Virus record (IMG/VR): IMGVR_UViG_3300036766_002289
Span: 1 to 64,000 of that record
Strand: one strand, 5' to 3'
Length of the DNA: 64,000 nt
The notes under the pieces were generated by a model, which searched no databases, was not told the origin of the DNA, and saw only the letters and a program-made list of their open reading frames with translations. A program made the position numbers and the translations under genes. Of this stretch, positions 1 to 10,261 are shown one piece after another (the first letter of the stretch is position 1; each line of letters starts with the position of its first letter).

Positions 1-678
1 ATGAAAATAGGATTAATAGGCATTGGGACACTTGGGGAATCTGTATTACAAAGAATGATACGTGTTTTTGATGTAGTGTTTTACGACAAACATATTGTTC
101 GCTGGCCTTTTTGTAGACTCAGTAGACCTTATCGAGAATATAGGGTTTGTGAGTTAACTGAATTACTTAAAGTTGCAGATGGACCGATATTTCTTTGCTT
201 GCCGCCTTCTAATTATATTGTAGAAGAAGTGTGTAAAGATATTAATGATTTAGTTAGGGATATATATTACGACCAAAAAATTCCAAGGGGAACCGCTGGT
301 CGTATCGTTGTTATCAAATCTAAAGTAACACCTCCTATTACTAATGTTTTAAATGCACGATACGAATATTTGCAATGTGTCTATAATCCAGAGACACAGG
401 GGAAAATTGTTCTAGGCGGACCAGATAAGGCTGTGTCTTTTGTCAAGCGAATATACCAAAAAGCATGTCCAGATATGCCTACAATAAAAACTGATGCAGG
501 TACTGCGGAAATGGTAAAGTATGTAGCTGACAATTTTTTGGAGAGAAAAGAGCTATTTGCTTTCGAAATGTGGGAAACGTGTAATAGAGTTGGTGTAGAT
601 TATGATAAAGTAGTAGAATGTGTAATAGATGATACTAGATTAGGAACGACCCATTGGGGCATTAAAGGAGAAATATGA
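1..678 (+). CDS. UDP-glucose/GDP-mannose dehydrogenase family-like protein (short/degenerate)
   Basis: N-terminal Rossmann GxGxxG (GIGTLG); VVIKSxV.P, YNPE, AEMVKYVADNF, GVDYDKV..DTRLG motifs typical of the UDPG/MGDP dehydrogenase N and central domains. Confidence 0.7.
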   Translation: MKIGLIGIGTLGESVLQRMIRVFDVVFYDKHIVRWPFCRLSRPYREYRVCELTELLKVADGPIFLCLPPSNYIVEEVCKDINDLVRDIYYDQKIPRGTAGRIVVIKSKVTPPITNVLNARYEYLQCVYNPETQGKIVLGGPDKAVSFVKRIYQKACPDMPTIKTDAGTAEMVKYVADNFLERKELFAFEMWETCNRVGVDYDKVVECVIDDTRLGTTHWGIKGEI

Positions 679-1028
679 AAAAGAATTTAATAGTTGGCGA
701 CTATGTTGCCAAGAAGGTAAAGCAGGTTACGGGGGCCAAGGCTACTGGTACTTTTATTTTGGTTGAGAAGTTGACTGAGGCTGAGTGTGAAAACACGCCT
801 ATTATACTTCCAAATGGAGAGCAAACTAAGAATAGTAATCAGGCTTATGTAGTAGATATAGGGCCTGCTTTAGAGAAGGATAAGTGGGGACTTGCTGTAG
901 GAAGTAGGGTTTTATTACAGGGGACTTTCGTGCCAGTCCCAGCAAAGAGTCCTGGCGGTAGAGAATTGGCTATTGTAACGCCGCATGACGTAAAATGCGT
1001 TTTGATTGAAGAATCACTTGTTGATTAA
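675..1028 (+). CDS. groES: GroES/cpn10-like co-chaperonin
   Basis: ILVEK..IILP..AYVVDIGP..VGSRVL..IV..HDVKCVL pattern; 117 aa; next to dnaJ. Confidence 0.65.
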   Translation: MKKNLIVGDYVAKKVKQVTGAKATGTFILVEKLTEAECENTPIILPNGEQTKNSNQAYVVDIGPALEKDKWGLAVGSRVLLQGTFVPVPAKSPGGRELAIVTPHDVKCVLIEESLVD

Positions 1029-1037
1029 AGGAGTTGG

Positions 1038-2078
1038 ATGGATTTCTATAAGCTTTTAGAAATAGATAAAAAGGCTACTGAAGAAGAGATTAAAAAAGCT
1101 TATCGTAAGAAAGCGATGGATAATCATCCTGACCGCAATCCAGGTGATGCCAATGCCGAAAAAAGATTCAAAGAAATCCAAGAAGCTTATGAAGTTTTAG
1201 GTGATGTACATAAAAGAGCGCAATATGACAGCACTGGAAGTGCCACCAGAACTTCCAGTGCTGCTCCATTTAATAGTGGTTGGTCTTTTTTTGGGGAAGG
1301 TCATGCACCGCACACTGTTACGGAACGTGGCAGAAATATACAACTCAATGTTTCACTTGATTTAATCGAAGTCCTGAACGGCGCTAGTAAGAAAATTTCT
1401 GTTCCACAGAGAGAACGTTGCATTAATTGCGAAGGCCAAGGTTATACAGATTTTAAGTCATGCACGGCTTGTCATGGCAGTGGCAAGACCGCTATTAAGC
1501 AATCTCCATTCAATATTTATATGAGTTGTGGTGCGTGCAAAGCCACAGGGCGTTCAGGCACTGTAAGTTGCGGCACATGCAATGGCGAAGGGTTTATCAC
1601 TAAGAGTAATTTAGAAATAGCGGTAAACATCCCACCAGGAGCGGATTCTGGTCATCAAGTGAGAATCGGTGGTTATGGGGAGCCTTCCAAGCATCCTTTT
1701 GGAGCAAATGGGGACTTAGTTTTAGTTATTTTAATTAAAGATCATCCAATCTTCAAAAGAAATGGGGCTAACTTAACATTAGAATTCCCAATAGGTTTTA
1801 ATGAGTTATGCTTGGGAACAAGTGTTGAAGTGCCAACTTTAACAGGCTCAGCAATATTGACAGTGCCACCAAGGACTATAGATGGCACACAATTCCGATT
1901 AAAGGGAATGGGTTTACCTTATTACCAGGGTGGAAAAGGTGATTTGATATTGGCCGTTAAATTGGTAATCCCACCACAGGATAACATTGAGTCTAGCAAG
2001 AAATTGTTTGAGAATATCTCCAAGTTTGAGAATGCTTACTTGACAACTGAGAGAGAAAGATTTAAAATTAACAAATAG
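1038..2078 (+). CDS. dnaJ: DnaJ chaperone
   Basis: J domain with HPD, four CxxCxGxG repeats, C-terminal GDL motifs; SD aaggag. Confidence 0.95.
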   Translation: MDFYKLLEIDKKATEEEIKKAYRKKAMDNHPDRNPGDANAEKRFKEIQEAYEVLGDVHKRAQYDSTGSATRTSSAAPFNSGWSFFGEGHAPHTVTERGRNIQLNVSLDLIEVLNGASKKISVPQRERCINCEGQGYTDFKSCTACHGSGKTAIKQSPFNIYMSCGACKATGRSGTVSCGTCNGEGFITKSNLEIAVNIPPGADSGHQVRIGGYGEPSKHPFGANGDLVLVILIKDHPIFKRNGANLTLEFPIGFNELCLGTSVEVPTLTGSAILTVPPRTIDGTQFRLKGMGLPYYQGGKGDLILAVKLVIPPQDNIESSKKLFENISKFENAYLTTERERFKINK

Positions 2079-2088
2079 GAGAGATATC

Positions 2089-2565
2089 ATGAAAAATTAT
2101 CTAATACTTGGCGGGATTGCTTTTGTTGCTGTATTTATGGGGCAATTACTTTCGGCGTATATTACGTCAAGTAGACCTAACAACGTGTCAAAATTCAACG
2201 TGAAAGAAGAAATGATAGCCAGAGACTTGGATGGACGGGTTATTCAGCTGGCAGGTGGACAAGTTTGGCCATTAGATAGCTCGCAAAATATTAGAGTTAA
2301 AGTGGAAGGCAAGAAGCCTTTAGATGAGTATGTGGTGGTGATAGTAGAAGTTAGTGCATCAGCACAGGTGCAACAAGAAACCCCAGCAGGTCCAAAGGAG
2401 CAATTCTCAACGACACCTAATTCAAAAGATGTGCCTAAGACCCAGAAATTGCCAACCAAACTTCAGCTAAAAGGCATGATGAAACTTACTTATGAGTTAG
2501 TTGATAGTAATTGGTATCTAATTGGTGCAGAAGGACTTGGGATGAAAGCCTATCCCTTGGATTAG
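2089..2565 (+). CDS. hypothetical protein with N-terminal membrane anchor
   Basis: ORF with SD; hydrophobic N-terminus. Confidence 0.6.
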   Translation: MKNYLILGGIAFVAVFMGQLLSAYITSSRPNNVSKFNVKEEMIARDLDGRVIQLAGGQVWPLDSSQNIRVKVEGKKPLDEYVVVIVEVSASAQVQQETPAGPKEQFSTTPNSKDVPKTQKLPTKLQLKGMMKLTYELVDSNWYLIGAEGLGMKAYPLD

Positions 2566-3041
2566 AAGACTTTGATGGTTTGGACTTTAGATGGTGCTTT
2601 GGAAGGATCGTCATTGCGTCGTTGATATACAACGGTTATTGTTCTACCTTGTTCTGGCTCTGGTTGTATCCTTTTAAAGTCATCATATGGAATGTAAATG
2701 GTGTCTACATGGTGTTTGTCGTTCCTGTAGGTTATGATGATTGGGTTGCGTTTTTTGTCTATGTGGGTGATAATACCGCTTCGTTCGGTAGAAGGTAGTT
2801 TTAGGTCAAAGTTATTCTGACTGAAGTTGCTATCGAAATAGCCAGCTTGCCAAGATGGTGGTTCTCCTGGCTGACTACCTGTCCATTGGGCGGTTAATGC
2901 ACCGAAAATTCCTGGTGGATTTGGGATATTAGTGCCAACTGGACCAGTGTTCATGTGTGGCATTTGGCGTACTGAGTGATTAAAGCCAAATGGCGCAAAC
3001 CCTTTTTTCTCCATTAGATAGAAAAATTCTTTGAACTCCAT
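2562..3041 (-). CDS. hypothetical protein, MEFKEFF N-terminus (putative virion/internal protein)
   Basis: TAAATA just upstream on the minus strand; N-terminal motif shared with several ORFs. Confidence 0.6.
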   Translation of the reverse strand: MEFKEFFYLMEKKGFAPFGFNHSVRQMPHMNTGPVGTNIPNPPGIFGALTAQWTGSQPGEPPSWQAGYFDSNFSQNNFDLKLPSTERSGIITHIDKKRNPIIITYRNDKHHVDTIYIPYDDFKRIQPEPEQGRTITVVYQRRNDDPSKAPSKVQTIKVF

Positions 3042-3335
3042 TACATTATTTATAGGAACTGTGTGTAATTATGATAGAAATAACAGATATTCGAGTATTG
3101 TTACCTGCATTGGTTAGTTTCAAACAAGATGATAAAGAATTATCAATATTTGTCTATATAGATCAGTTAAAGAAAGACGTAGTTTTGCCAGATATGTCTG
3201 ATATATCTAACCTGGAAGAATTTAAGGCAGCGTTCACCACTTTTTATAATTCAAAAAACAAAGCAAATAAAATTCCGCCATTGCCAAGGAGTGCAATGGA
3301 AAAGGTTGATCCTGAACAATTTAAGGTGTAAAATC

Positions 3336-3866
3336 ATGAAAAAGGGAAATATTTCATCCAAAATGCCGCAGACTAATGCCAATGACTATCTTACTAAACA
3401 GAGCAATAAGATACTGACAAAGATAGTTGCGGATTCGTCTGAATTTATTCCTACATACTCAACAAAAGGGGCGGCGTGTTGCGATTTAAAGGCTAATATT
3501 CAAATACTTGAGCCTGATCTTACTGTGGTAAAGAGTATTACTGTGGGTACATTAGAAACAGTTAAGATTGACTGTGGATTCTCAATGCAACTACCAGAAG
3601 GTTTTGAAGCACAAATAAGACCTAGAAGTGGATTTGGTGCCAAGGGTTTGATTGTGCCTAATTCGCCTGGAACAATTGACGAAGATTATAGAGGTAGGAT
3701 GTGCGTTCTACTTACTAATTTAAAGAGTGAACCAGTGGTTATTAATCATCTGGATCGTATAGGGCAAATGGCTTTAAAACCAGTTTGGTACTTTGATTTT
3801 CAATGGGTGGATACTCTTGATAATACAGAACGTGGTATTGGTGGGTTTGGTTCAACAGGAATATAA
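3336..3866 (+). CDS. dut: dUTPase (trimeric)
   Basis: GAACCDL, QIRPRSG, NSPGTIDEDYRG, DRIGQ, RGIGGFGSTG motifs; start uncertain (3336 or 3363). Confidence 0.95.
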   Translation: MKKGNISSKMPQTNANDYLTKQSNKILTKIVADSSEFIPTYSTKGAACCDLKANIQILEPDLTVVKSITVGTLETVKIDCGFSMQLPEGFEAQIRPRSGFGAKGLIVPNSPGTIDEDYRGRMCVLLTNLKSEPVVINHLDRIGQMALKPVWYFDFQWVDTLDNTERGIGGFGSTGI

Positions 3867-3874
3867 AGGAACAT

Positions 3875-4798
3875 ATGAAGAATCATTGGTTAAATAAGAA
3901 AAAAGAGAAAGAAGAAGATTTTGATATAGAGTTGGCTTATAGTGAAATAACACCAGGCTTACGGCCTGTATGCATTTCTGGCATCGTAGACCCAACGCTA
4001 ATATCGGTTCAAACAGTTACTATTTCTCCACCTTTTGGGAATGCCCTTCTTAACGTATATGGGTATGTTGATGCGTATTGTAGTATTATACCCCCGTCTA
4101 GCATCGCAGACCCTACCTTGATAACGGTTCAAACAGTCTCATGTATGGATTTTGAGCCAGGTCAGACCGCACTATCAGAATTAGATGACTTTGCTAAACA
4201 TCATGTATCCCCTGCTGGATTTGGTGGTCGTGATTGCTCACCCAATTTAGAGATTGGTGATGGTAGTATGAAGTATACAAGGGAAATCCAGCTTGGCCCT
4301 TTCACTTTTAAGGACAGCGATCTTGGGATTGATATATTTTTGAATGATGTAAGAATGGGCTGGCTCAATTGTAGGGGTGAGGAAAGTTTATTTGCTTGGT
4401 TGAAGGAAAAGCACACTGCCAAGCAAGATGGCCCAGATCAAAACTATTGTTTGAAGAGTCTTTCCAATTACTCCATCAGCTGCACTTGCAGGGACACTCT
4501 GTTTTCAGAAGAATTGGTCTTATTTGGGAGAATACCAGACGGATATGATGGAGATTTAGGTGAGAGTTTTTATAAATTTGACCATGATAATGTTGTTCCT
4601 GGAAGTTTAGTGGTAACTTTTAATGGGAAAATAGTTCAAATACCAGCTTACGGTCACGAAGTTTGTGCAGAACTATTTGATATAGGCGTAAAAACCATTA
4701 GTGTTGATTACAATAAAGGAAATATTTCAATAGAATGGTCTAAAACACCTGGGGTAATTAACGTTAATCTGCAATATGAATATGAGGTTAAAGTATGA
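3875..4798 (+). CDS. hypothetical protein, MKNHWL family
   Basis: long ORF with SD; C-terminal VVPGS...VDYNKG...YEY module shared with 49579 and 50028. Confidence 0.6.
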   Translation: MKNHWLNKKKEKEEDFDIELAYSEITPGLRPVCISGIVDPTLISVQTVTISPPFGNALLNVYGYVDAYCSIIPPSSIADPTLITVQTVSCMDFEPGQTALSELDDFAKHHVSPAGFGGRDCSPNLEIGDGSMKYTREIQLGPFTFKDSDLGIDIFLNDVRMGWLNCRGEESLFAWLKEKHTAKQDGPDQNYCLKSLSNYSISCTCRDTLFSEELVLFGRIPDGYDGDLGESFYKFDHDNVVPGSLVVTFNGKIVQIPAYGHEVCAELFDIGVKTISVDYNKGNISIEWSKTPGVINVNLQYEYEVKV

Positions 4799-5025
4799 AA
4801 ATATATTGTATTACTACAGTTGGTCGTCAGGTAGATGGCGATATAGTATCAATTAGGTTTGAAAAGGCTTTTAAGTCCAAGATTAAATCCGATGCTTTCG
4901 CTAAGGATTTAACTAAGGTTTGGACAGAAAACGTGAGTACTCCTACTGGCCCTGTCCAGTTTGTTTTAGAAAGGGGTGTTCAAGAAGTTGAACTAGATGA
5001 AGAAGAGTAATTTTATAAGGAGAAT

Positions 5026-5766
5026 ATGAATATAACACCGCACAATCCCTTAGAAGGGCCAGCATCACAATTAACAATTCCGCTTCACGATGGCACAGAT
5101 GAACAAGTCTCTATAGTTGTTGTTCACAACAACAAACCAGAATATCTTAATCTTTGCCTGCAAAGTATTGCAGTAACCAGTTCTAACAATAACTACGAAT
5201 TAATTGTAGTCGATAACAATTCTGGTAAAGAATCTCAAGCTTTTCTAGATGAGATAGAAGAAGATGGCGTTAAAATAATTAGAAATGAGAAGAACCTACA
5301 TTGGAGTGCTGCTGCAAATAAAGGTGCCGAAGCAGCGTCCAAGAACTCAAAGTATATTATTTTCTTGCATCATGACGTTGTAATCATCAACCCAGCCTGG
5401 ATTGATCTTTTGATTAACGTCTCTGAATCCCAACAGTCTGGCATGGTTGGTCTAGAATTGGGCCAGTATTACATGCAGAATCAAAAAGTAGACTTTGTAC
5501 AAGAATGGTGTTTGTTGTTCAGTAAGGAATCCTGGAAGCAAATAGGTCCATTCCCAGAGACCTTGCCACAAATAGGTCATTCGTTTATAATGACCATGAA
5601 AGCTCAGTTGAAGGGTCTGAAGCCACAGGTGATGAAGAATCCAGTAGCGCATCATTACCATGTGTTTGCTTTGGATATTAATGAATTTGAAAGATTCACT
5701 GAGAGAGCTATGAATGAGATTCCAAGATTGATGCGTGAATTACAAACTATGCCAGTAACGAGGTAA
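5026..5766 (+). CDS. glycosyltransferase family 2
   Basis: VSIVVV, ELIVVDNNS, AANKGA, IIFLHHD GT-A motifs. Confidence 0.85.
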   Translation: MNITPHNPLEGPASQLTIPLHDGTDEQVSIVVVHNNKPEYLNLCLQSIAVTSSNNNYELIVVDNNSGKESQAFLDEIEEDGVKIIRNEKNLHWSAAANKGAEAASKNSKYIIFLHHDVVIINPAWIDLLINVSESQQSGMVGLELGQYYMQNQKVDFVQEWCLLFSKESWKQIGPFPETLPQIGHSFIMTMKAQLKGLKPQVMKNPVAHHYHVFALDINEFERFTERAMNEIPRLMRELQTMPVTR

Positions 5767-6485
5767 ATATGGATTTGAACTTAACTCTTTTTTCTTATAA
5801 AGATGACCGCTTAGATTTTGTGGTAAAATGGAAGCATCGTCCACAAATACATTTCAATGAAACCTATATTAATGGTGATTTACATGCTTGGCATTGTCAT
5901 TGGGAACCATTGAAGGTTTCGACGGCGGACCCAGATGCGGATTCTAAAGTTCATGATTTTCATGTTAAAGAATTGTCGGAATACAAACATCTTTCAGGTC
6001 ACGCAATTTTAGAAAATGATTTGGAGAAATGGACACTCCAAGGTTGCCGAATTACTAATTACGAAATTATAGATGAGATTCGCTTAATCGAGTTAACATA
6101 TGATGGGGTTAATTATATCAATAAAGGATGTAAACATGAATAATGATGTTATAGATTTGCTTAATAGGATTAAGTGCTGTGTAGATGATGACGAACTTCG
6201 TGTTGGATGTGGTTTTATTCCACACGGTAGTTCAAGACATTGGATTTTTCACGGCTCATATGATGTTTTAGAGAATGCTGCTGATGCTCGCATTTATGAA
6301 AAAGTCATGAATGATAGGTTGAATGAAGCTAAAGCATTAGGCTTAATCATTAACCAAACTGGTAAGGAAAAATGGTTGGTGAGTGAAAATTGGTTACTCA
6401 CTGAAGCTGGTGAGGCGTATCTTGGCCAGCGCACAAGGGGAAAGATAGTAGAGGATGAACCTAAAAGTAATTTTGGATTTGAATA

Positions 6486-7268
6486 ATGAACCGTAGAGAA
6501 TTTTTAAAGACTTCTGCTGCAATAGCGGTTACTGCTGCCATACCTATGGATATTATGGCAACAGAAACAAAAAGTCCTTTTATTGACTTCGCAGAAAAGA
6601 ATTTCAAAATAAATCATTGGGAAAAAGGTCTTATTCCTTATGAAAGTACTAAACATCATAAAGAATTAGCCAAAATCTATGATGATGAAAGATTTGTATT
6701 AGTAAAGAAGTATAGACAAGGTGGTTTTACTACTATGTCTGTACTTTATGCATTACATCAATGTCTAACTAAGATTGATTTTAGGTGTGCGTTTATCTCA
6801 AAATATGACAGTATGTCTAGGGCTGTTAAGGAGCGTATCATTAATCCCACCTTAGATTTAATGAGTTATTTAAAGCCAGATATTAAAAGAAGTAACAGTC
6901 ATTTGTTAGAATTTGAGCATGGTAGCAGGATTGATTTTCGCTGTGCAAGTAACCTTTGTGGTTGTGGTGTGAGAACTGACTTGTTCATATTTGATGAAGC
7001 TGCGTTTATAGGAAAAATGGACGAATTATACGCAGCAATTTATCCATGTGCTTCGATGGGTGGCAAGATATTTTTGGTCTCGACCCCGAATAGGCCAAGA
7101 GAATTTTTCTATAAAACCTATGAAGCGGCAATGAAGGGTAAGAACAAATATAAAGTATACGCCCCGAGTTGCTTTGAACATCCAAACTATACGCCAGAGA
7201 AAATTGCGTTGCTAAAAGGATATCTTGGTGAGAAGGGTTGGAAACAAGAGTGTTTGGCTGAATTTTAA
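6486..7268 (+). CDS. terminase large subunit ATPase-like domain with twin-arginine-like N-terminus
   Basis: KYRQGGFTT (Walker A-like), LFIFDEAAF (Walker B), VSTPN, WKQECLAEF; no nuclease domain; begins MNRREFLKTSAAIA. Confidence 0.8.
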   Translation: MNRREFLKTSAAIAVTAAIPMDIMATETKSPFIDFAEKNFKINHWEKGLIPYESTKHHKELAKIYDDERFVLVKKYRQGGFTTMSVLYALHQCLTKIDFRCAFISKYDSMSRAVKERIINPTLDLMSYLKPDIKRSNSHLLEFEHGSRIDFRCASNLCGCGVRTDLFIFDEAAFIGKMDELYAAIYPCASMGGKIFLVSTPNRPREFFYKTYEAAMKGKNKYKVYAPSCFEHPNYTPEKIALLKGYLGEKGWKQECLAEF

Positions 7269-7279
7269 GATGAACCTTA

Positions 7280-7990
7280 TTAACAATGAATGCTAAATGG
7301 ATTGATCTTAGAAACATAGTCTTCAACTTGTTTTTTGATGTCGCTCATTATTTCTTCTATTAATCTTCTATCACAGTCTTTCTTCCATTGCTCTGTCCAC
7401 AAACGTCCATCATGTTGTCCATCATATTGAATTTTTAGCTTAATGTCTAGAGTTTCTTGCGGCAAGAATGTATCTGGGTTTAAAGTTACTTGTGGATTTG
7501 CTACTGCTGATACGTTGTATTGAGGGCTGAACCATCTTGGTCTACCTGGAAAATATTCTGGGATTATATTATAACCATCTAAGCTATTATCAATCTGAAT
7601 TCTGAATTCAGCAAAAGTAAATACTTCATAATCGTTCCAGAGTCTGTCTAGGGTTACAACATACCAGTTATGTCCATCATCAGTACTGTAACGGTCACTG
7701 ATTTTACCAGTTAGTTTTCCTGATTCCACGTCTACCATCACACGACTACTTATTTCATGCATGAATGGCTTGAATTCCACATCTTTAGGTTGTTTGCCAA
7801 AATAGGTTAACTTAATAATTTTCCTGTCGTCCATAGCATTCTCTATTGCGATTATATCTAAAGCATCACTACATTTTATCATGTCTTTTATTATGGTTGC
7901 TTTTTTAAGTTCCGCTATAATTTCCTTATCTATTTCTTTTGTAATCTGAGTGGGAATGTCTTCAGCCTTTTGTAACCAATGATTTTTCAT
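7280..7990 (-). CDS. hypothetical protein, MKNHWL family
   Basis: 236-aa ORF; ACTATAT 6 nt upstream of the ATG. Confidence 0.6.
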   Translation of the reverse strand: MKNHWLQKAEDIPTQITKEIDKEIIAELKKATIIKDMIKCSDALDIIAIENAMDDRKIIKLTYFGKQPKDVEFKPFMHEISSRVMVDVESGKLTGKISDRYSTDDGHNWYVVTLDRLWNDYEVFTFAEFRIQIDNSLDGYNIIPEYFPGRPRWFSPQYNVSAVANPQVTLNPDTFLPQETLDIKLKIQYDGQHDGRLWTEQWKKDCDRRLIEEIMSDIKKQVEDYVSKINPFSIHC

Positions 7991-8079
7991 ATTTTAATAT
8001 AGTTAAGCACTTTAGATTTATTTTACACGAATTAGTATTTTTACTATAAAAAAATTTCATGTATTACTATATATAGTAT

Positions 8080-8691
8080 ATGGGTACTAAAACAATTTGG
8101 CTACAAAAAAGAAAGAAAGATGGTAAGTGCTTGCAATGCGGGAAGCTATCTGGCCCTAAATCTAAAGTTTATTGTAATAAATGTTTGATGAAATTCAATG
8201 ATAACTCTAAAAAACGTGTCAAAAAATTGTTAGAACAAGGTCTTTGTGCGCAATGTAGGAAGCCTTCAGATAAGCGTGTATGTCGAGATTGTAGTGATAA
8301 AAATAATACGAGAAGAATGGAAAAATTTAAAGTGAGGGAAAGTGCTGGCATCTGTATCAGATGTGGGAAAATGCCATCCGTATTAAATAATAGAAAATGC
8401 ACTGTTTGCTGTTTGAAACATAGTGCATGGACATATTTTCGTGATGGCAACAAATGGGTAAATTTACAAGAATTGTTTGATAGCCAAAAAGGCTTATGTC
8501 CTTATACGGGTAGGCAGTTGACAATAGGCTTAGATGCAGAAATTGACCATATCATCTCAAGGCATCAAGGTGGGAAAGATGAAATCTCTAATTTTCAGTG
8601 GGTGTATCGTGATATAAACAAAATGAAGGCTCATCAATCTCATGAACAATTTATTGATTTGATACGCGAGGTAGTCCAGTATTGTCTGTAG
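8080..8691 (+). CDS. HNH endonuclease with repeated CxxC zinc-binding motifs
   Basis: CPYTG..EIDHIISR..GG..N.QWV...NKMK HNH core; N-terminal CxxC repeats. Confidence 0.85.
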   Translation: MGTKTIWLQKRKKDGKCLQCGKLSGPKSKVYCNKCLMKFNDNSKKRVKKLLEQGLCAQCRKPSDKRVCRDCSDKNNTRRMEKFKVRESAGICIRCGKMPSVLNNRKCTVCCLKHSAWTYFRDGNKWVNLQELFDSQKGLCPYTGRQLTIGLDAEIDHIISRHQGGKDEISNFQWVYRDINKMKAHQSHEQFIDLIREVVQYCL

Positions 8692-9133
8692 ATTTACAAA
8701 ATTCTTTCATATAAGCTTCCCATGCAGGATGTGTGTGAACAACTATTTTGTGTTTAACAAAATGATTTGCATAACACATGCACCAAAGTTCTTCATCGTT
8801 TTGTTTTTGTCTATTTGGATTTTTTTTAACTATTTTTGCCCATTTTTCTTTCCACTTTGTTGAGCAGAATTTATTAAAAACCAAATGACCAATCTCGTGC
8901 AAAAAGGTAAATTCTCTTCCAAAACTATAGGGAGCGGCGACTGTTATAGTCCTATCATTAGGATTTATGATGCCAACATGTTCGTCGTCACCATCTAGGA
9001 CGTTATCGCACTGCCATTTGATTTTATAACCCTTAATCAGGCCACTATGTTTTTTTGGTAGCTTGTTAAGGGTTTTCTTTATATTTTCTTCTTGTTCGGC
9101 AGTTTGCTCAAAAAAATATTTAAAACCTTCCAT
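8651..9133 (-). CDS. zinc metallopeptidase-like protein (HExxH)
   Basis: FLHEIGH plus downstream EE; start at MEGFKYFFE after a TAAATA. Confidence 0.6.
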   Translation of the reverse strand: MEGFKYFFEQTAEQEENIKKTLNKLPKKHSGLIKGYKIKWQCDNVLDGDDEHVGIINPNDRTITVAAPYSFGREFTFLHEIGHLVFNKFCSTKWKEKWAKIVKKNPNRQKQNDEELWCMCYANHFVKHKIVVHTHPAWEAYMKEFCKSTDNTGLPRVSNQ

Positions 9134-9592
9134 TGTGTTATATTTAGTGAGCAAACCATAAATAATGTGTGGCAACTCCTTTTGGGGCATGGGGCGGGAT
9201 GCCTGGTAGCACTGGTACTGGTTTCTCGGATTATTTAGCGAACAAAGGCTATAGTAATGAAAAAGACATTCTGTGGCTTCTACCGCGACTAGATAAAGTC
9301 CAGCAAGTCGAAATGGATATCAAATTAAACAACAACGGAATGGATACTTTCCCAAGGCACAAAAGCCTGTTAAGTTCCGATATTGGCTGGAAGAAGGAGT
9401 TAATTAAGGTGTTCAGAAGTGGGACAAATGACCCAAATTTGATTAAATCATTGATTGCGGTGGTCAAAAGAGGTATAGAAAGCCACGAAAACAGGGCATC
9501 AAACCAACTCACTGGTAGTGATCGTTGGAATGAAACTTGGATTGAAGTTTATAATCAGTGGCTTAAAGAATTGTACAAACTAGGAGACATGT

Positions 9593-10261
9593 ATGCGCAG
9601 AGAGAAGGCTAAGTCTATTGCATTGCCCTCGAAGTCTAGAAAAGCGTTTCATATGGAGTTTAAGAATACCGCCCAGAAAATAGCATGGACGAATTTTGAA
9701 CAAAATGATGTTTTATTCCTATTAGGCCCCGCTGGTGTAGGTAAAACCTTCTTGGCTATGGCATTCGCAATTAGTGAGATTCTTAGTAAGAAAAAGAAGA
9801 AGATAATTCTTACAAGACCTATCGTAGATGCAGGTGAGCATTTAGGCTATTTGCCAGGAACTTTCCAAGAGAAAATCAATCCTTATTTAGCTCCACTGTA
9901 TGACTCAATGGATGCTTTAGTAGGTGTTGACACACAAGAAAGAGACAGAGTGAATGGAGCAATAGAGATTGCACCAATGGCCTACCTCAGAGGCAGAACA
10001 TTTGTTAATTCGGTGTGTATCTTAGACGAAGCCCAAAATTGTACTAAGGCTCAGATTATACTGTTCCTTACAAGATTAGGAGAAGATTCAAAAATCATTG
10101 TTACGGGTGATCCTACGCAGTCAGATTTACATGGGACTCCGTATATTAATGAGGCAGTTAAACTATTGGAATCAGTGCCTGGAATAGGCATGATGCAGTT
10201 TACTGAAGAACAGATTGTAAGACACCCGTTGGTAGGTAGGATTTTAGAAAAGTTAAAGTAA
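9593..10261 (+). CDS. phoH: PhoH family ATPase
   Basis: GPAGVGKT, LGYLPG, AYLRGRTF, ILDEAQN, GDPTQSD. Confidence 0.95.
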   Translation: MRREKAKSIALPSKSRKAFHMEFKNTAQKIAWTNFEQNDVLFLLGPAGVGKTFLAMAFAISEILSKKKKKIILTRPIVDAGEHLGYLPGTFQEKINPYLAPLYDSMDALVGVDTQERDRVNGAIEIAPMAYLRGRTFVNSVCILDEAQNCTKAQIILFLTRLGEDSKIIVTGDPTQSDLHGTPYINEAVKLLESVPGIGMMQFTEEQIVRHPLVGRILEKLK

